From Bacilli bacterium (GTDB lineage Bacteria; Bacillota_I; Bacilli_A; RFN20; CAG-826), in the NCBI GenBank assembly GCA_045615665.1, contig JAZLFJ010000003.1, positions 7,406-71,405 on the forward strand: a stretch of 64,000 nt of DNA, given 5' to 3'. Both the position numbers and the translations under genes were made by a program. The notes under the pieces were generated by a model. The model did no database searches, was not told the DNA's origin, and was given only the letters and a program-made list of their open reading frames with translations. Below, piece by piece: positions 36,525 to 45,118 of the stretch (positions within the stretch are counted from its first letter, which is position 1; each line of letters opens with the position of its first letter).

Positions 36525-36640
36525 TCAAAAGACATTTCTTCTTTGATAATAATCGATTTTTAGAACATTAAAAAACCTGTCGATAGTATTTTCAATTGGG
36601 CTAACCCATATCATTATGGTCCAACTTTTATCTAGAAGCC
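36525..36640 (-). pseudogene. Possible remnant of an IS3-like transposase C-terminus
   Basis: Minus-strand reading ...WVSPIENTIDRFFNVLKIDYYQRRNVF* resembles the DDE integrase-core end motif (DNAxxESFFxxLKxE). Short and degenerate. Confidence 0.3.
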
Positions 36641-36660
36641 CCCACTTTTTCAGTGGTGTG

Positions 36661-37932
36661 TCATAACAATTCAACCTTTTCAAGTAAGAAATCAAGTAAG
36701 CGGCAATTATAAATTCCATTTTCATCATAAAAACTGCTAACAATATCATTTCGAATTAGAATCTTTTTAAAATTATCGCCTATTAAATTTAAGGATCTAA
36801 CTTCTGAGTTCATTTTGTCCTGATTTTCTATTTTTAAAGCAGACTGGATGTATATTTTTTGGTCTAATTTATTAACAACAAAATCTACTTCTAAGTAATC
36901 TTTATAATTTTTACCCCTCAATGTTACTGCGCCTACATCAACTAAATATTCTCTTCTGACCAACTCATTATAAATGACATTTTCCATAAGGTGTCCTGTA
37001 TCTAGTTGTCTAAAATTTAATCTCGCATTTCTTAAACCCACATCTTCATAATAAAATTTACTTGGGTAATCAAAATATGCTTTTCCTTTAATATCAAATC
37101 TTTTCGCTTCTTTTAATAAAAATGATTCGGTTAAGTATTTGACATAATTGGACACCATTTCATAGTTTATTTTTTCATTTCTTTTTGAACAAAGTGTATC
37201 AACAATGTTTTTGATATTAGTTAAAGAAGAAGTTTGAGATGATAAATAATTCAACACATCGCAAAGAATGTCAACTCTATCAATATGTTTTCTTTCAACT
37301 ATATCTCGAATATACGTTTCGTCAAATAATTCTACTAAATAATGTTTTTTATCTTCTTCATCGCCTTTATTAATTAAAGCCGGCATACCACCAAGCAAAA
37401 GATATTCATTTAGACATGCGGATTCATCTCCACCACGATAAGCAAAATATTCTTTAAAGGAAAAAGGATGAACTCTTATTTGTGTATTCCTACCTCTAAA
37501 TTCCGTTAAAATATCTGTTGCAAGCATTTTAGAATTGCTGCCGGTTACATAAACATCGACGTTCTTTTTATTATTTAACCCATTTAACACATCAAAAACA
37601 GATACTTTCACTCCGCTATTTCGATCTGTTTTTGGTTTAGACAATTGAACCTCATCAATAAAAACGTAATATTTCTCATCATCATTAACAATCGCTTTTT
37701 TTAAATATTTAGAAAGCAAAATTGGGTTTCTTAAACTAATAAACGCATCTTCATCAAATTTAATTTTTATCAAGTGATCGCCATCAATTTTTAATGAATT
37801 CGTAAGATAGCCACCAAATAAATCGAATAAAAGTGTTGATTTGCCACATCTTCTTATTCCGGTGATAACTTTAACATTATTATCCCACATTGATTTTTTT
37901 ATTTTTTCTAAATATTCATCTCTGCTAATCAT
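36661..37932 (-). CDS. AAA ATPase with DUF4143-type domain (paralogue 3, second subtype)
   Basis: Walker A GIRRCGKST, Walker B VFIDEVQ. C-terminal LEVDFVVNKLDQKIYIQSALK. Confidence 0.8.
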   Translation of the reverse strand: MISRDEYLEKIKKSMWDNNVKVITGIRRCGKSTLLFDLFGGYLTNSLKIDGDHLIKIKFDEDAFISLRNPILLSKYLKKAIVNDDEKYYVFIDEVQLSKPKTDRNSGVKVSVFDVLNGLNNKKNVDVYVTGSNSKMLATDILTEFRGRNTQIRVHPFSFKEYFAYRGGDESACLNEYLLLGGMPALINKGDEEDKKHYLVELFDETYIRDIVERKHIDRVDILCDVLNYLSSQTSSLTNIKNIVDTLCSKRNEKINYEMVSNYVKYLTESFLLKEAKRFDIKGKAYFDYPSKFYYEDVGLRNARLNFRQLDTGHLMENVIYNELVRREYLVDVGAVTLRGKNYKDYLEVDFVVNKLDQKIYIQSALKIENQDKMNSEVRSLNLIGDNFKKILIRNDIVSSFYDENGIYNCRLLDFLLEKVELL

Positions 37933-38223
37933 GTTGGCTTCTCCTTAAGCTTTTTACAATTATGTCAAAACTTTCAGGTACATTTTAACATTTCCTTTCA
38001 AACTTTCAACAAGATTTATTTCAATGCTCTTTTTTATATAAACATGTTTCCAATATTGTTACGCCACCTAAACAGGAAAGATTTTTATTTGAAAAATACA
38101 AGCAGGAAAACTCAAAATATTTCCTTTAAATTAAGTACTTTCTTGTCTTTCACGAGGTATATTTAAACTAATAGTTTCCGTAACGAAAACTTTTATTTAT
38201 AAAACTAGCAATTAGCTTTTAAA

Positions 38224-40437
38224 TTAAAATGTAGAAATTTCAATGTGAGTTACGAAATATTTTAGGAATGATCCTTCAAAAATTTCGTACATGGTTTCAT
38301 ATGCAACGTACTTACGTACGTATTTGCCATCCTCAAGTACTGTAATTGGGTAAGAATTTCTATTATATTCGTATTCAACCCATGTGCTGAGAACTCCTGC
38401 TTCATCAGGATGTAAATATTCAGGTTGATATCTAATAACTTCACCTGGATTTTCAACATCTTCTTGATTTGGAACAGGGTCTACCTCTTCGTCGCCTAAT
38501 TTATATGTACAAACAAGAGCTGGAGCACCATTTGTATTAACAATTATTTTCCCGTCGCCAGTAGGAGCTAAGTGAATTTCTTTTCCACGAATTCCAGCAT
38601 CTGTATCAACGTCCATTTCTTCTTCTACTGAATTAGAATAAACATTGATGTTTGCATTGCAATATTCTAAGTAAATAAAGCCTGGAGTTGCTGTATTGAA
38701 TGGAGCAACAATACCACTACAATATTTCAAACCTTTAACATCGATTTGAATATCACATCCAGTAAATGTCATATCGGCACTATAGATACCGAAAATATTC
38801 ATAAATCTTGGTGATTTGAGATCAATGTTAATGTTGGATTCAACTGCTTCAATAATCTTACCTGAGATTCCAAATACAGCTGAAACGGAAGTATCAATAG
38901 GGAGTTCTTGATCAATTTCGTCATTGATTGTTGTAGCTTTGATTGAAATATTAGATTTAGTTAAATAAATTTCACCACCATTTGAATTAATGCCTGTGAA
39001 TGGATTAATTGAATGGTAATTTGTTAAGAAAAATGTTGAGTCACAAACAAAGTTAATATCAACTTGTGCTTCATTAATTACAACATCGTTTTGTGCAGCA
39101 AGCGCAGAAACACTGGTAGAACCATTGACAACTGATCCTGGATAAATAGAACCAATGATTTTGCTTCCTTTATTTAAGATAACGTCTGTTTGTCTAAAGA
39201 GATCGCTATCAATGTTATTTTCAGTGAAAACAATGTGTCCGCCAGTAATTGCATTTAAAACTTTATTTTCTGCAAGTTCAAAACCATAGGAAACAATTCC
39301 TTTATGGAATCTTTTTGCTTGGCCATAAATGCTAAGGTCAATATCAACAGTTACTTTACAGAATGCTTTAATAGCGAATGAACCACCATAGATTGACAAT
39401 GTGCCATCTCCAGTAAAGTTAACATTCTTTGTGCAGTTGTTATTACCAAGGAATGATAATAAGAATGCTGAAGCACCTTGGTTATAATCATCTTCCCAAT
39501 AAGTGTTGGTAAAGATATTTGTGCCTTTAAATTCAAGAGTGTATTCTTCAATTGTTGAATTTTCTGAAGTAAAGTGGAAACCAACACCATTATGAGTGGT
39601 CTCTAAATGTGTGTTATTAAAAATAACATCTTGGAATGTAAAATGGGTTGCATCTTCATTTGCACTAATTAATCCTGTGCCATAAGGAGTTGTTGAAAGA
39701 TCTAATGATTTACCGGCAACAATTGGATAATCACATAAATAAGCGACAGGAATAAATTCGCTTTTATTATCGATGTAATATTCACAAACATCGGTGTATA
39801 AATCCTTATCGTTCACATCAATCATGTGGCAGCGGAATGGGATTTTACCTGTTTCTCTAGTAGTTCCTGGAACATAGAGTTTTTTACTCTTTGTTGCTTC
39901 GCCACCCATTGGTTTAAAACCAGTTGCTTCGCCACGAATATTGTATGTTCCTGCTTCCCATTCATAAGATTTAACTTTATTTGGAAGATTAACTTCAAAA
40001 TCAAATGAGAAAGCATCTGGGTAGTTAATATGAACTGTTTTTGGTTGAACTAATACTTTTAATTCGTCGCTTGGATTACATTCAACTACAACGTGGTATG
40101 AACCTTTAACATTGCTTCCGTCTTTTGCAGTAGCAATAACGTCCAATTCACCAGTGGTTGTTGCAACAAATTTTCCGACTTCAGAAATTGTTGCAATATC
40201 TGGATTTGAGACAGACCATGTAACTTCCTTATTCGAAGCATTCGATGGGTAAACAGCTGCATTAAATTTAGCTTCTGTATTGGTAATAAATGAAGTTGCG
40301 TCAGTTGAAACAGCAATGTATTCAACAGCAATCGGTTCAGGTTTTGGATCTGGTTGTGGTTCTTCTTTTCCACAGCCACTTAATGCAAATATTCCGGCAG
40401 AAATAAGTGCAAGTGAAGTAAGTAAACTTTTTTTCAT
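38224..40437 (-). CDS. Surface lipoprotein with an N-terminal Big_2 (bacterial Ig-like) domain
   Basis: Signal peptide plus lipobox LSGC. VYPSNASNKEVTWSVSNPDIATISEVGKFVATTTGELDVIATAKDGS is Big_2-like. 737 aa. Confidence 0.75.
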   Translation of the reverse strand: MKKSLLTSLALISAGIFALSGCGKEEPQPDPKPEPIAVEYIAVSTDATSFITNTEAKFNAAVYPSNASNKEVTWSVSNPDIATISEVGKFVATTTGELDVIATAKDGSNVKGSYHVVVECNPSDELKVLVQPKTVHINYPDAFSFDFEVNLPNKVKSYEWEAGTYNIRGEATGFKPMGGEATKSKKLYVPGTTRETGKIPFRCHMIDVNDKDLYTDVCEYYIDNKSEFIPVAYLCDYPIVAGKSLDLSTTPYGTGLISANEDATHFTFQDVIFNNTHLETTHNGVGFHFTSENSTIEEYTLEFKGTNIFTNTYWEDDYNQGASAFLLSFLGNNNCTKNVNFTGDGTLSIYGGSFAIKAFCKVTVDIDLSIYGQAKRFHKGIVSYGFELAENKVLNAITGGHIVFTENNIDSDLFRQTDVILNKGSKIIGSIYPGSVVNGSTSVSALAAQNDVVINEAQVDINFVCDSTFFLTNYHSINPFTGINSNGGEIYLTKSNISIKATTINDEIDQELPIDTSVSAVFGISGKIIEAVESNINIDLKSPRFMNIFGIYSADMTFTGCDIQIDVKGLKYCSGIVAPFNTATPGFIYLEYCNANINVYSNSVEEEMDVDTDAGIRGKEIHLAPTGDGKIIVNTNGAPALVCTYKLGDEEVDPVPNQEDVENPGEVIRYQPEYLHPDEAGVLSTWVEYEYNRNSYPITVLEDGKYVRKYVAYETMYEIFEGSFLKYFVTHIEISTF

Positions 40438-40465
40438 GTTTTAACTCTCCCCTTTTTTGTAAAAA

Positions 40466-42838
40466 TTATCTATTTTCACGTTTTCTTTTAATCAAATATA
40501 GTACGGAAATGAATGCAACTGAAAATATCGCTACAAAGATATATGGAATGACATTAGATTCATTAAAGACTGTTAGTGACAAAGAATTATAGTTGTTAAA
40601 ACTTATAAAATTGCTTCTAGATGCGAAGTCTCCGCCATGATTATCAAGAATATATTGATATTTTCCATAAATATAATCATAACGTTCACAAAATTCTTTT
40701 AATTCAACATAAGGGCAAGATGAATTATCTTGTTTGAAGAAATCTACTAAATAATGATGAGGTGAATCAACAATGTGATCATTGAAATCTTCAGATTGAT
40801 CTTCCCACAATTTTATTAGTGAGGTTTCGCTTGTAGAACCATCTTCTTCACAATAACGTTCACATTCCTTTTTGAAACTACTTAAGTAACTTCCTAAAAC
40901 TCTTTTCCCGTTTTCGCTAACAATAAGGAACGAACTCTTGTCTTTTGGAAGGACAGTGTATGTATTAAATGAAATATCGTAGAAACTGTAATTCGGTTCA
41001 GCAATAGGAACAATAAGCTCAATATTGCAAGTAGCAGTCGGCATTACCTTTGGTGTTATTAAATAACAAAATGAAGTGCCGTATAGCATTTCTGTTGTGA
41101 TTAGAACGTTTCTAAGGTCCAATTTAGATAAATCAATAGTGACTAAGCTTTCACAACCAAAGAATGTTTGTTGGATTTCTTTTAGAGCTGTGGTGAAAGT
41201 AGTTGGTAATTGAAGTTCACTCAAATTTGAACAATCTTCAAACATACTAGCTGTAGTTGTAACATTTTCCGCATTTAGCTCACTAAGGTCTAGAGTAAAC
41301 AAAGATGTACAATCTTCAAACATTGATTCGTAGGATTGTGATAATGATGTATCTAAATTCTCAATTCCTTCAATAGAACTAACTGAACTTAATCCCTTAA
41401 AGAAATGTTCTGCATTTTTTATTTCAACTTCGTCTTGTACAATAACTTGTTCTATATCGGTGTATCCTGTGTATGAATTACTTGAGAAAATTGAATCAAT
41501 AAAAGTATCTACACCGAGTTTTACTTTCCATCTAATGTCTGAAGAAAGAATTTCATATGTGTCGAAAGATGCAAGATAACCAATATTATTGTCAGTATCG
41601 ACGCCTATATGAACAAAACCGTCTTTATCTTCGGCATGTGGACATCTATCAAGGAAATCTCCGCCTTTATTATATAAAGCTCCATAATAATTATTGTAAG
41701 CAAAGTCGTACATTTCAGCGAAATCTCTCATTATTTCAATTGGTGAATCACTATCTGCAGCTTTTAAAATATCTAAAACGTGTTCCTTATATTCATATTC
41801 CCATGTATCGAGATAGTTCGCAGCGAACGCCCAATATTCTCTAAGTTTCTCAAGATTATTACATTCACCACTAGTAAAAAGTGCCGAAACAATATTATTA
41901 AATTCATTAGCAAAATCAACAGCTTCCTCTTTAATGTTGTAAAAGTAATATGTAATTGATTGCTCAGATTCTTTCGCAATCGAATAATTATTTAATTTAA
42001 CGTCGTAGTAGTAATCAGGTATTTCGTATCTAAGCGGAAGATAAAATGAAAACCTATATGGAATCTGATCAGACTGAATTAGATTTTTTGGAGCATACAA
42101 AACATCCATTTGTGTTCCGTGAAATATATTTTCTACTATAGGTCTATTTGATAAATCAAAACTTGAAATATCTAAGCACTTTAATTTTGGGCAATTAGAG
42201 AACATGCGTTCTAAAGACGATGCACTGTATGTATCAAATGATGAAACATTAAGACTCGATAAATTCGTGCAATCTTTAAACATATTGCTGAATTTTCCAA
42301 CACCTCTTGTTTTAAAATTTGATAAATCAAGACTTTCAAATGATGTTCCAGAAAACATTTCGTAGAAGTTCTGAGCGCTAGAAGTATCGAATTCGCTAAA
42401 GTCCACATCGCTTACTTTAGGTGAATCATAAAAGAAATAACTAAAATCTTCAGCACCACTTGTATTTAAATTTCCTAAATTTTCAATTTTTTCTAGATTT
42501 GGCATATTAGCAAAAAAGTAAGCAGGATATTTTATCGTAACTGAATCAAGAATATTTATAGTTTCAATTTCGTTTACAAAGTCACCATATTGGATGTCAT
42601 AAAAAACATTAGTTTCTCTAGCATAGCCGACATTTACGCCAGTATAAATGCCACATCCTTGTTCTCTAACAATATCAAGGGTTGATCCTATATAGCCCAC
42701 TCCGTCACCAAGGCCTAAGTAGATTTTATTCTCAATAGCGTCAGCTTTTTTAACATTCTTATTATCTAAAAAAGTAAGCGAAAGTGGCATAGTTAATGCC
42801 ATTGAACTTACTAATAAAGAAAGATTTTTAAGTTTCAT
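40466..42838 (-). CDS. BspA/DUF285-type leucine-rich-repeat surface protein with a C-terminal TM anchor
   Basis: Signal peptide. Repeats of the form FxxCxxLxSLDLSxFDTSxVxxMxxMF. Two LRR-plus-helical modules. C-terminal TM helix followed by KRKRENR. Confidence 0.8.
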   Translation of the reverse strand: MKLKNLSLLVSSMALTMPLSLTFLDNKNVKKADAIENKIYLGLGDGVGYIGSTLDIVREQGCGIYTGVNVGYARETNVFYDIQYGDFVNEIETINILDSVTIKYPAYFFANMPNLEKIENLGNLNTSGAEDFSYFFYDSPKVSDVDFSEFDTSSAQNFYEMFSGTSFESLDLSNFKTRGVGKFSNMFKDCTNLSSLNVSSFDTYSASSLERMFSNCPKLKCLDISSFDLSNRPIVENIFHGTQMDVLYAPKNLIQSDQIPYRFSFYLPLRYEIPDYYYDVKLNNYSIAKESEQSITYYFYNIKEEAVDFANEFNNIVSALFTSGECNNLEKLREYWAFAANYLDTWEYEYKEHVLDILKAADSDSPIEIMRDFAEMYDFAYNNYYGALYNKGGDFLDRCPHAEDKDGFVHIGVDTDNNIGYLASFDTYEILSSDIRWKVKLGVDTFIDSIFSSNSYTGYTDIEQVIVQDEVEIKNAEHFFKGLSSVSSIEGIENLDTSLSQSYESMFEDCTSLFTLDLSELNAENVTTTASMFEDCSNLSELQLPTTFTTALKEIQQTFFGCESLVTIDLSKLDLRNVLITTEMLYGTSFCYLITPKVMPTATCNIELIVPIAEPNYSFYDISFNTYTVLPKDKSSFLIVSENGKRVLGSYLSSFKKECERYCEEDGSTSETSLIKLWEDQSEDFNDHIVDSPHHYLVDFFKQDNSSCPYVELKEFCERYDYIYGKYQYILDNHGGDFASRSNFISFNNYNSLSLTVFNESNVIPYIFVAIFSVAFISVLYLIKRKRENR

Positions 42839-42918
42839 AACCTAAATAATATGAAATATTATAATTTGATTCAAGATAGTTATAATGACAAAAATATAAA
42901 TATTTTTGCAATATTAAT

Positions 42919-42985
42919 TTATTCTTTTATTTTGAGAGAAGCAACGGTTTCAACGTGTCCGGTGGTAGGAAACATATCGATTTCA
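42919..42985 (-). pseudogene. Displaced 3'-end fragment of rumA (copy 3)
   Basis: Reads EIDMFPTTGHVETVASLKIKE*, compared with the functional rumA end PVDMFPMTFHVESVVSLIYKGYKN*. It abuts the ATPase-4 stop codon. Confidence 0.7.
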
Positions 42986-44221
42986 AAATTTTCTTCCTTC
43001 GCTCATAAAATCAAAAGCATTAGCGTGAATAATTCCGTTTCTTCTTTGTATAAAAGAATCCAAAGATAAAATGTATTTTGGATAATTATCTTTAATCATC
43101 TCTAGTGGTCTATATTCTCTATCCTCGGTATCTTGATTTCCAATCATTAAAAAACAAACTTGTACATAAGAATATTCTCTCGATAATAAGTTTCTTAATA
43201 TAAAATCGCATTCAAATTTGCCAATTCTTCCTATAGATATTTGATAATCTTTATTTCTTGCATAATTGTAAACAATATTTTCTAGACATTGCCCGTAATT
43301 TATTAAGTTATCCGTTTGTGCTGCAAAATAAAAACTTAAATCTGACAAATAATATTTTTCTTCACCATTTAAAGATCTTTTGCTTTTTAAATCAAACCTT
43401 GAACATTTATTTATTATTTTTGCTTTCTCGAGTAAATCAATATAGTTATAGACGGTTTGTACACTTACTTTCATTTTGTTTGCTTTACTAAGATTTTGGG
43501 CTAATGATGGTACTGAAATCATGGCTCCAAAATTATTAATGATGTATCTTTTCACTTGCTCAAATAAATGCAAATTTCTTATTTTGTGTTTTTTCTTTAT
43601 GTCTTTAATAAATATATCGTTGATAACCTCATTAGCATATTTTGCTCTCTCTTCTGACGTGCTCATAAAAATTGTTTTTGGAAAACCGCCGTCAAGTATA
43701 TATTTATCAAACTCATCTCTTTGATTTCCAACTTCAATTTTATAAAACTTTTTCATGTCAAGATATTCATCAAATGTTAGAGTGCCCATTTCAAACTCAA
43801 TATATCTTCCTGTTAATTTAGTAACTAACTCTCCTGAAAGCAAATATGAATTACTGCCTGTAATGAAAAAATTAAATTCTTCTTCTAACCTAAACGCTTC
43901 TATAACTGGTTCAAAATCTTTTACGTTTTGAATCTCATCAATAAATATATGTTTTATTCCGCTAATTCCTTGTGTTTTACTTTCGATAAGTTTTTCCAAT
44001 TCGTCATCTGTTTTAATGCGTTTATTTGGTCTTTTATTTAAATCTATGAAGATTATATTCGATTCAGGAACATTGTAAGAAGTCATTAATTCTTCGCTAA
44101 TAAGTTTCATAATAGAAGATTTGCCACATCTCCTAATTCCTGTAATAACTTTAATCATATCTTGATGCAAATAAAATCCACGCATTCTAGAAAGTATGTT
44201 TTCGCGTTTGTACAATTTCAT
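42983..44221 (-). CDS. AAA ATPase with DUF4143-type domain (paralogue 4, second subtype)
   Basis: Walker A GIRRCGKSS, Walker B IFIDEIQ. C-terminal FECDFILRNLLSREYSYVQV. Confidence 0.8.
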   Translation of the reverse strand: MKLYKRENILSRMRGFYLHQDMIKVITGIRRCGKSSIMKLISEELMTSYNVPESNIIFIDLNKRPNKRIKTDDELEKLIESKTQGISGIKHIFIDEIQNVKDFEPVIEAFRLEEEFNFFITGSNSYLLSGELVTKLTGRYIEFEMGTLTFDEYLDMKKFYKIEVGNQRDEFDKYILDGGFPKTIFMSTSEERAKYANEVINDIFIKDIKKKHKIRNLHLFEQVKRYIINNFGAMISVPSLAQNLSKANKMKVSVQTVYNYIDLLEKAKIINKCSRFDLKSKRSLNGEEKYYLSDLSFYFAAQTDNLINYGQCLENIVYNYARNKDYQISIGRIGKFECDFILRNLLSREYSYVQVCFLMIGNQDTEDREYRPLEMIKDNYPKYILSLDSFIQRRNGIIHANAFDFMSEGRKF

Positions 44222-44503
44222 ATATTTGTTTTTCCTCGAGTATTATGATACATCTGAAAATGCCATTTAAACAAGAATTTTTTGCATTTTTCTTAGTTTT
44301 TTTCTTGTTAACTTGGCTTTTTAAAACTAAACAGGACAAATTTTGAAAAACTCATATTTTTTCTTGTTAATCCCATAGAAAAACATCCGACCAACAGTAT
44401 TCTAAATTTAATTATCTGCATAAATATCCGTAACATCTAGGAACGTGTCATTATGTAGTCAAACTGTTCCCTGTAATTGAAATTTTTCGGTGTGTTTCCT
44501 ATA

Positions 44504-44571
44504 CGTACCAACCTGCAAAGGAGTACTGCTGTATTTTTGGCCTATTTTTGAATAAATCACAAAAAAATAAC
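44504..44571. repeat. About 67-bp repeat, copy a (contains GGAGTACTGCTGTA)
   Basis: CGTACCAACCTGCAAAGGAGTACTGCTGTATTTTTGGCC... is about 85% identical by eye to 44748-44814. Confidence 0.8.
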
Positions 44572-44747
44572 AGTAATATTTAGTTTGCGATATAGCGGAA
44601 TAATGTTTTGTGTAAATTCTGGTGACCAGCATATGCCAGCATCACCCAATATAAATAATGTATCATTCAAGGAAACATTGTTTGTTCTTAATTGAATAAG
44701 CTTCTCGAAACTAATTTGTGACACCAGTGGTGACACAATTTCGTTTG

Positions 44748-44814
44748 CGTACCAACCTGCACGGGAGTTCTGCTGTATTTTTGGCCTTTTTTCGCTTAAA
44801 TCATAAAAAATAAC
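44748..44814. repeat. About 67-bp repeat, copy b (contains GGAGTTCTGCTGTA), contiguous with rumA-downstream-like sequence
   Basis: CGTACCAACCTGCACGGGAGTTCTGCTGTATTTTTGGCC... The 14-mer GGAGTnCTGCTGTA also occurs at 48261-48274, downstream of the real rumA. Confidence 0.8.
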
Positions 44815-44879
44815 GCCCCATAATAGAAGCGTTATAATTCAAATTCTTTCGATGTAATCGGCACTTTTTTATTATGCCT

Positions 44880-44933
44880 TTATCCCTTATAAATAAGGGA
44901 TACTACGGTTTCAACGTGCCCTGTGGTTATCGC
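44880..44933 (-). pseudogene. Displaced 3'-end fragment of rumA (copy 2)
   Basis: Reads AITTGHVETVVSLIYKG*. Retains the palindrome TATCCCTTA-TAAA-TAAGGGATA (44881-44902). The shared downstream block TCGATGTAATCGG (44849-44861) is identical to 48346-48358. Confidence 0.75.
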
Positions 44934-45059
44934 CAAGAAATGTGTTCGGTTCTCATGCTTCAATATAAATAGTGCCTATATTCAAAATGCAGAATTCGAA
45001 TGAACGAGATCTGCATTTTATGTTGTTTTATGTTCCAAGCAAGAGCTGTCTAAACAATT

Positions 45060-45096
45060 AATATTCGTCCATTTTAATCATATTGTGGACGATTAA
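45060..45096. repeat. Fic-flanking repeat, downstream copy
   Basis: AATATTCGTCCAT-N11-TGTGGACGATTAA. The two 13-nt ends are identical to the copy at 46195-46232. Internally it is an inverted repeat TCGTCCA/TGGACGA. An extra half-site TGGACGATT lies at 45108-45116. Confidence 0.85.
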
Positions 45097-45118
45097 TGAA
45101 TTTATTGGACGATTCCAA

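Noticed and set aside
36525-36749. 74-aa ORF from the ORF track as a genuine gene overlapping the end of ATPase 3
   Set aside because: It overlaps the ATPase-3 C-terminus in another frame and has no RBS. Only its downstream part (36525-36640) shows any resemblance to known proteins, a transposase end, and it is listed as a low-confidence remnant instead.
38262-42408. Many same-strand alternative-frame ORFs inside the two surface-protein genes (for example 39351-39590, 40086-40379, 41773-41979)
   Set aside because: They are consistent with repetitive, compositionally biased coding sequence that depletes stop codons in other frames. No independent start signals are present. I do not treat them as overlapping genes.
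44572-44747. Minus-strand ORF remnant ...ISFEKLIQLRTNNVSLNDTLFILGDAGICWSPEF... as a metallophosphoesterase fragment
   Set aside because: The LGD-containing stretch resembles motif II of calcineurin-like phosphoesterases, but motif I (DxH) and a start codon are missing and the match is short. I keep it only as a hint that the inter-repeat segment is degraded coding sequence.
44986-45017. Hairpin AATGCAGA-N16-TCTGCATT as a plus-strand terminator or small RNA
   Set aside because: It has an 8-bp stem and a T-rich tail on the plus strand, but no plus-strand gene or promoter lies upstream. On the minus strand it could be a weak Fic terminator. There is not enough evidence to call either.
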